From an uncultured Actinomycetes bacterium (GTDB lineage: Bacteria > Actinomycetota > UBA4738 > HRBIN12): DNA of 64,000 nt. Below the pieces are notes generated by a model, which saw only the letters and a list, made by a program, of their open reading frames with translations, did no database searches and was not told where the DNA came from. Each line of letters begins with the position of its first letter. The first letter of the stretch is position 1. The DNA is taken from the NCBI GenBank assembly GCA_963704725.1, contig OY969934.1:2656001-2720000 (forward strand). Direction: 5' to 3'. Made by a program: the position numbers and the translations under genes. Positions 63,393 to 64,000 of this stretch are shown here, piece by piece.

Positions 63393-63944
63393 ATGGCCGA
63401 GACGCCGGACGAGATCCTCCGCGCGCTGGCCGATCCCGAGCGCCTGGCGATCGCCGGGATGCTGGCGAGCGTCGAGGCGACGTCGTCGGAGCTCGCCGAG
63501 CGGCTCGGGCTCCCGGTGGCCCGGGTCCGCCGTCACCTCAACCGACTGACCTCGACCGGGGTGGCCAGGCTCGGGGACGATCGCCGAACCTATCGCCTGG
63601 ACCCCGAAACCCTCCGGTGGGCCGCGGAGCAGGTGGGGCCCCCTCGAGAGGCCGGCCTCGCGCTGGGCGCTGCGAACGAGGACGAGGAGGCCGTGCTGCG
63701 GACGTTCTTCCGGGACGGCCGGCTGACCGAGATCCCGGCGAAGGAGTCCAAGCGCCGGATCGTGCTCGAGCGGATCGCGCTGGAGTTCGAGCCCGGCCTG
63801 CGCTACGACGAGCGCACCGTCAACGCGATCGTGGGGCGATTCTTCAACGACTACGCCGCGATCCGCCGCTACCTCGTCGATGAGGGCCTGCTCTCGCGGG
63901 AACGGGGCGAGTACTGGCGCACGGGCGGTCGCGTGGAGGACTAA
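63393..63944 (+). CDS. ArsR-like HTH plus DUF2087 protein
   Basis: 'LRALADPERLAI', 'GRLTEIPAK', 'YDE..VN', 'DYAAIRRYLVD.GLL.R...YWR'. Confidence 0.85.
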   Translation: MAETPDEILRALADPERLAIAGMLASVEATSSELAERLGLPVARVRRHLNRLTSTGVARLGDDRRTYRLDPETLRWAAEQVGPPREAGLALGAANEDEEAVLRTFFRDGRLTEIPAKESKRRIVLERIALEFEPGLRYDERTVNAIVGRFFNDYAAIRRYLVDEGLLSRERGEYWRTGGRVED

Positions 63945-64000
63945 CGACCCGCTGCGCCCGGGCGCAACGCCACTCACGCGGAACGGCTTGCGCTGCTAGG

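Overview
A very GC-rich, gene-dense 64 kb window that looks actinobacterial: it carries SigK/RskA-like, DosRS-like, LCP-LytR_C and LLM genes. Layout from left to right: (1) 0-2.8 kb, the edge of a RiPP-like cassette with a PqqD/RRE chaperone, a Tat-leader 12-Cys peptide and two HPr-kinase-related paralogs; (2) 2.9-9.8 kb, a phosphoesterase, rmlD, rmlB, a glycosyltransferase, rmlA and an LCP gene; (3) 9.8-14.1 kb, an acyl-CoA synthetase, a degenerate GGDEF protein and an ECF sigma/anti-sigma pair; (4) 14-32.5 kb, a hypoxia-type island with USPs, an ApbE flavinylation module, a GNAT-acetate-CoA ligase fusion, CBS-BON, a GAF kinase and NarL-type regulator, a multicopper oxidase, PFOR, a DHODH-like and an AlaDH-like gene, with DosR-box-like palindromes in front of its operons; (5) acnA, a thioesterase and lipoproteins; (6) an intact IS110 element whose bridge-RNA guide segments can be read by eye; (7) an archaeal-type nurA-herA-mre11-rad50 operon; (8) a split sensor plus His-less kinase; (9) acyl-CoA and ethylmalonyl-CoA pathway genes, a frameshift-rich stretch that probably reflects consensus errors, a PAS/GAF-SpoIIE phosphatase and a PD-(D/E)XK nuclease. 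The most striking observation is that BOTH HPr-kinase-related paralogs have an in-frame UGA near the N-terminus followed by a SECIS-like hairpin, suggesting previously unannotated selenoproteins (or programmed readthrough) in a RiPP-like system. All assignments come from reading motifs by eye; no database searches were run.
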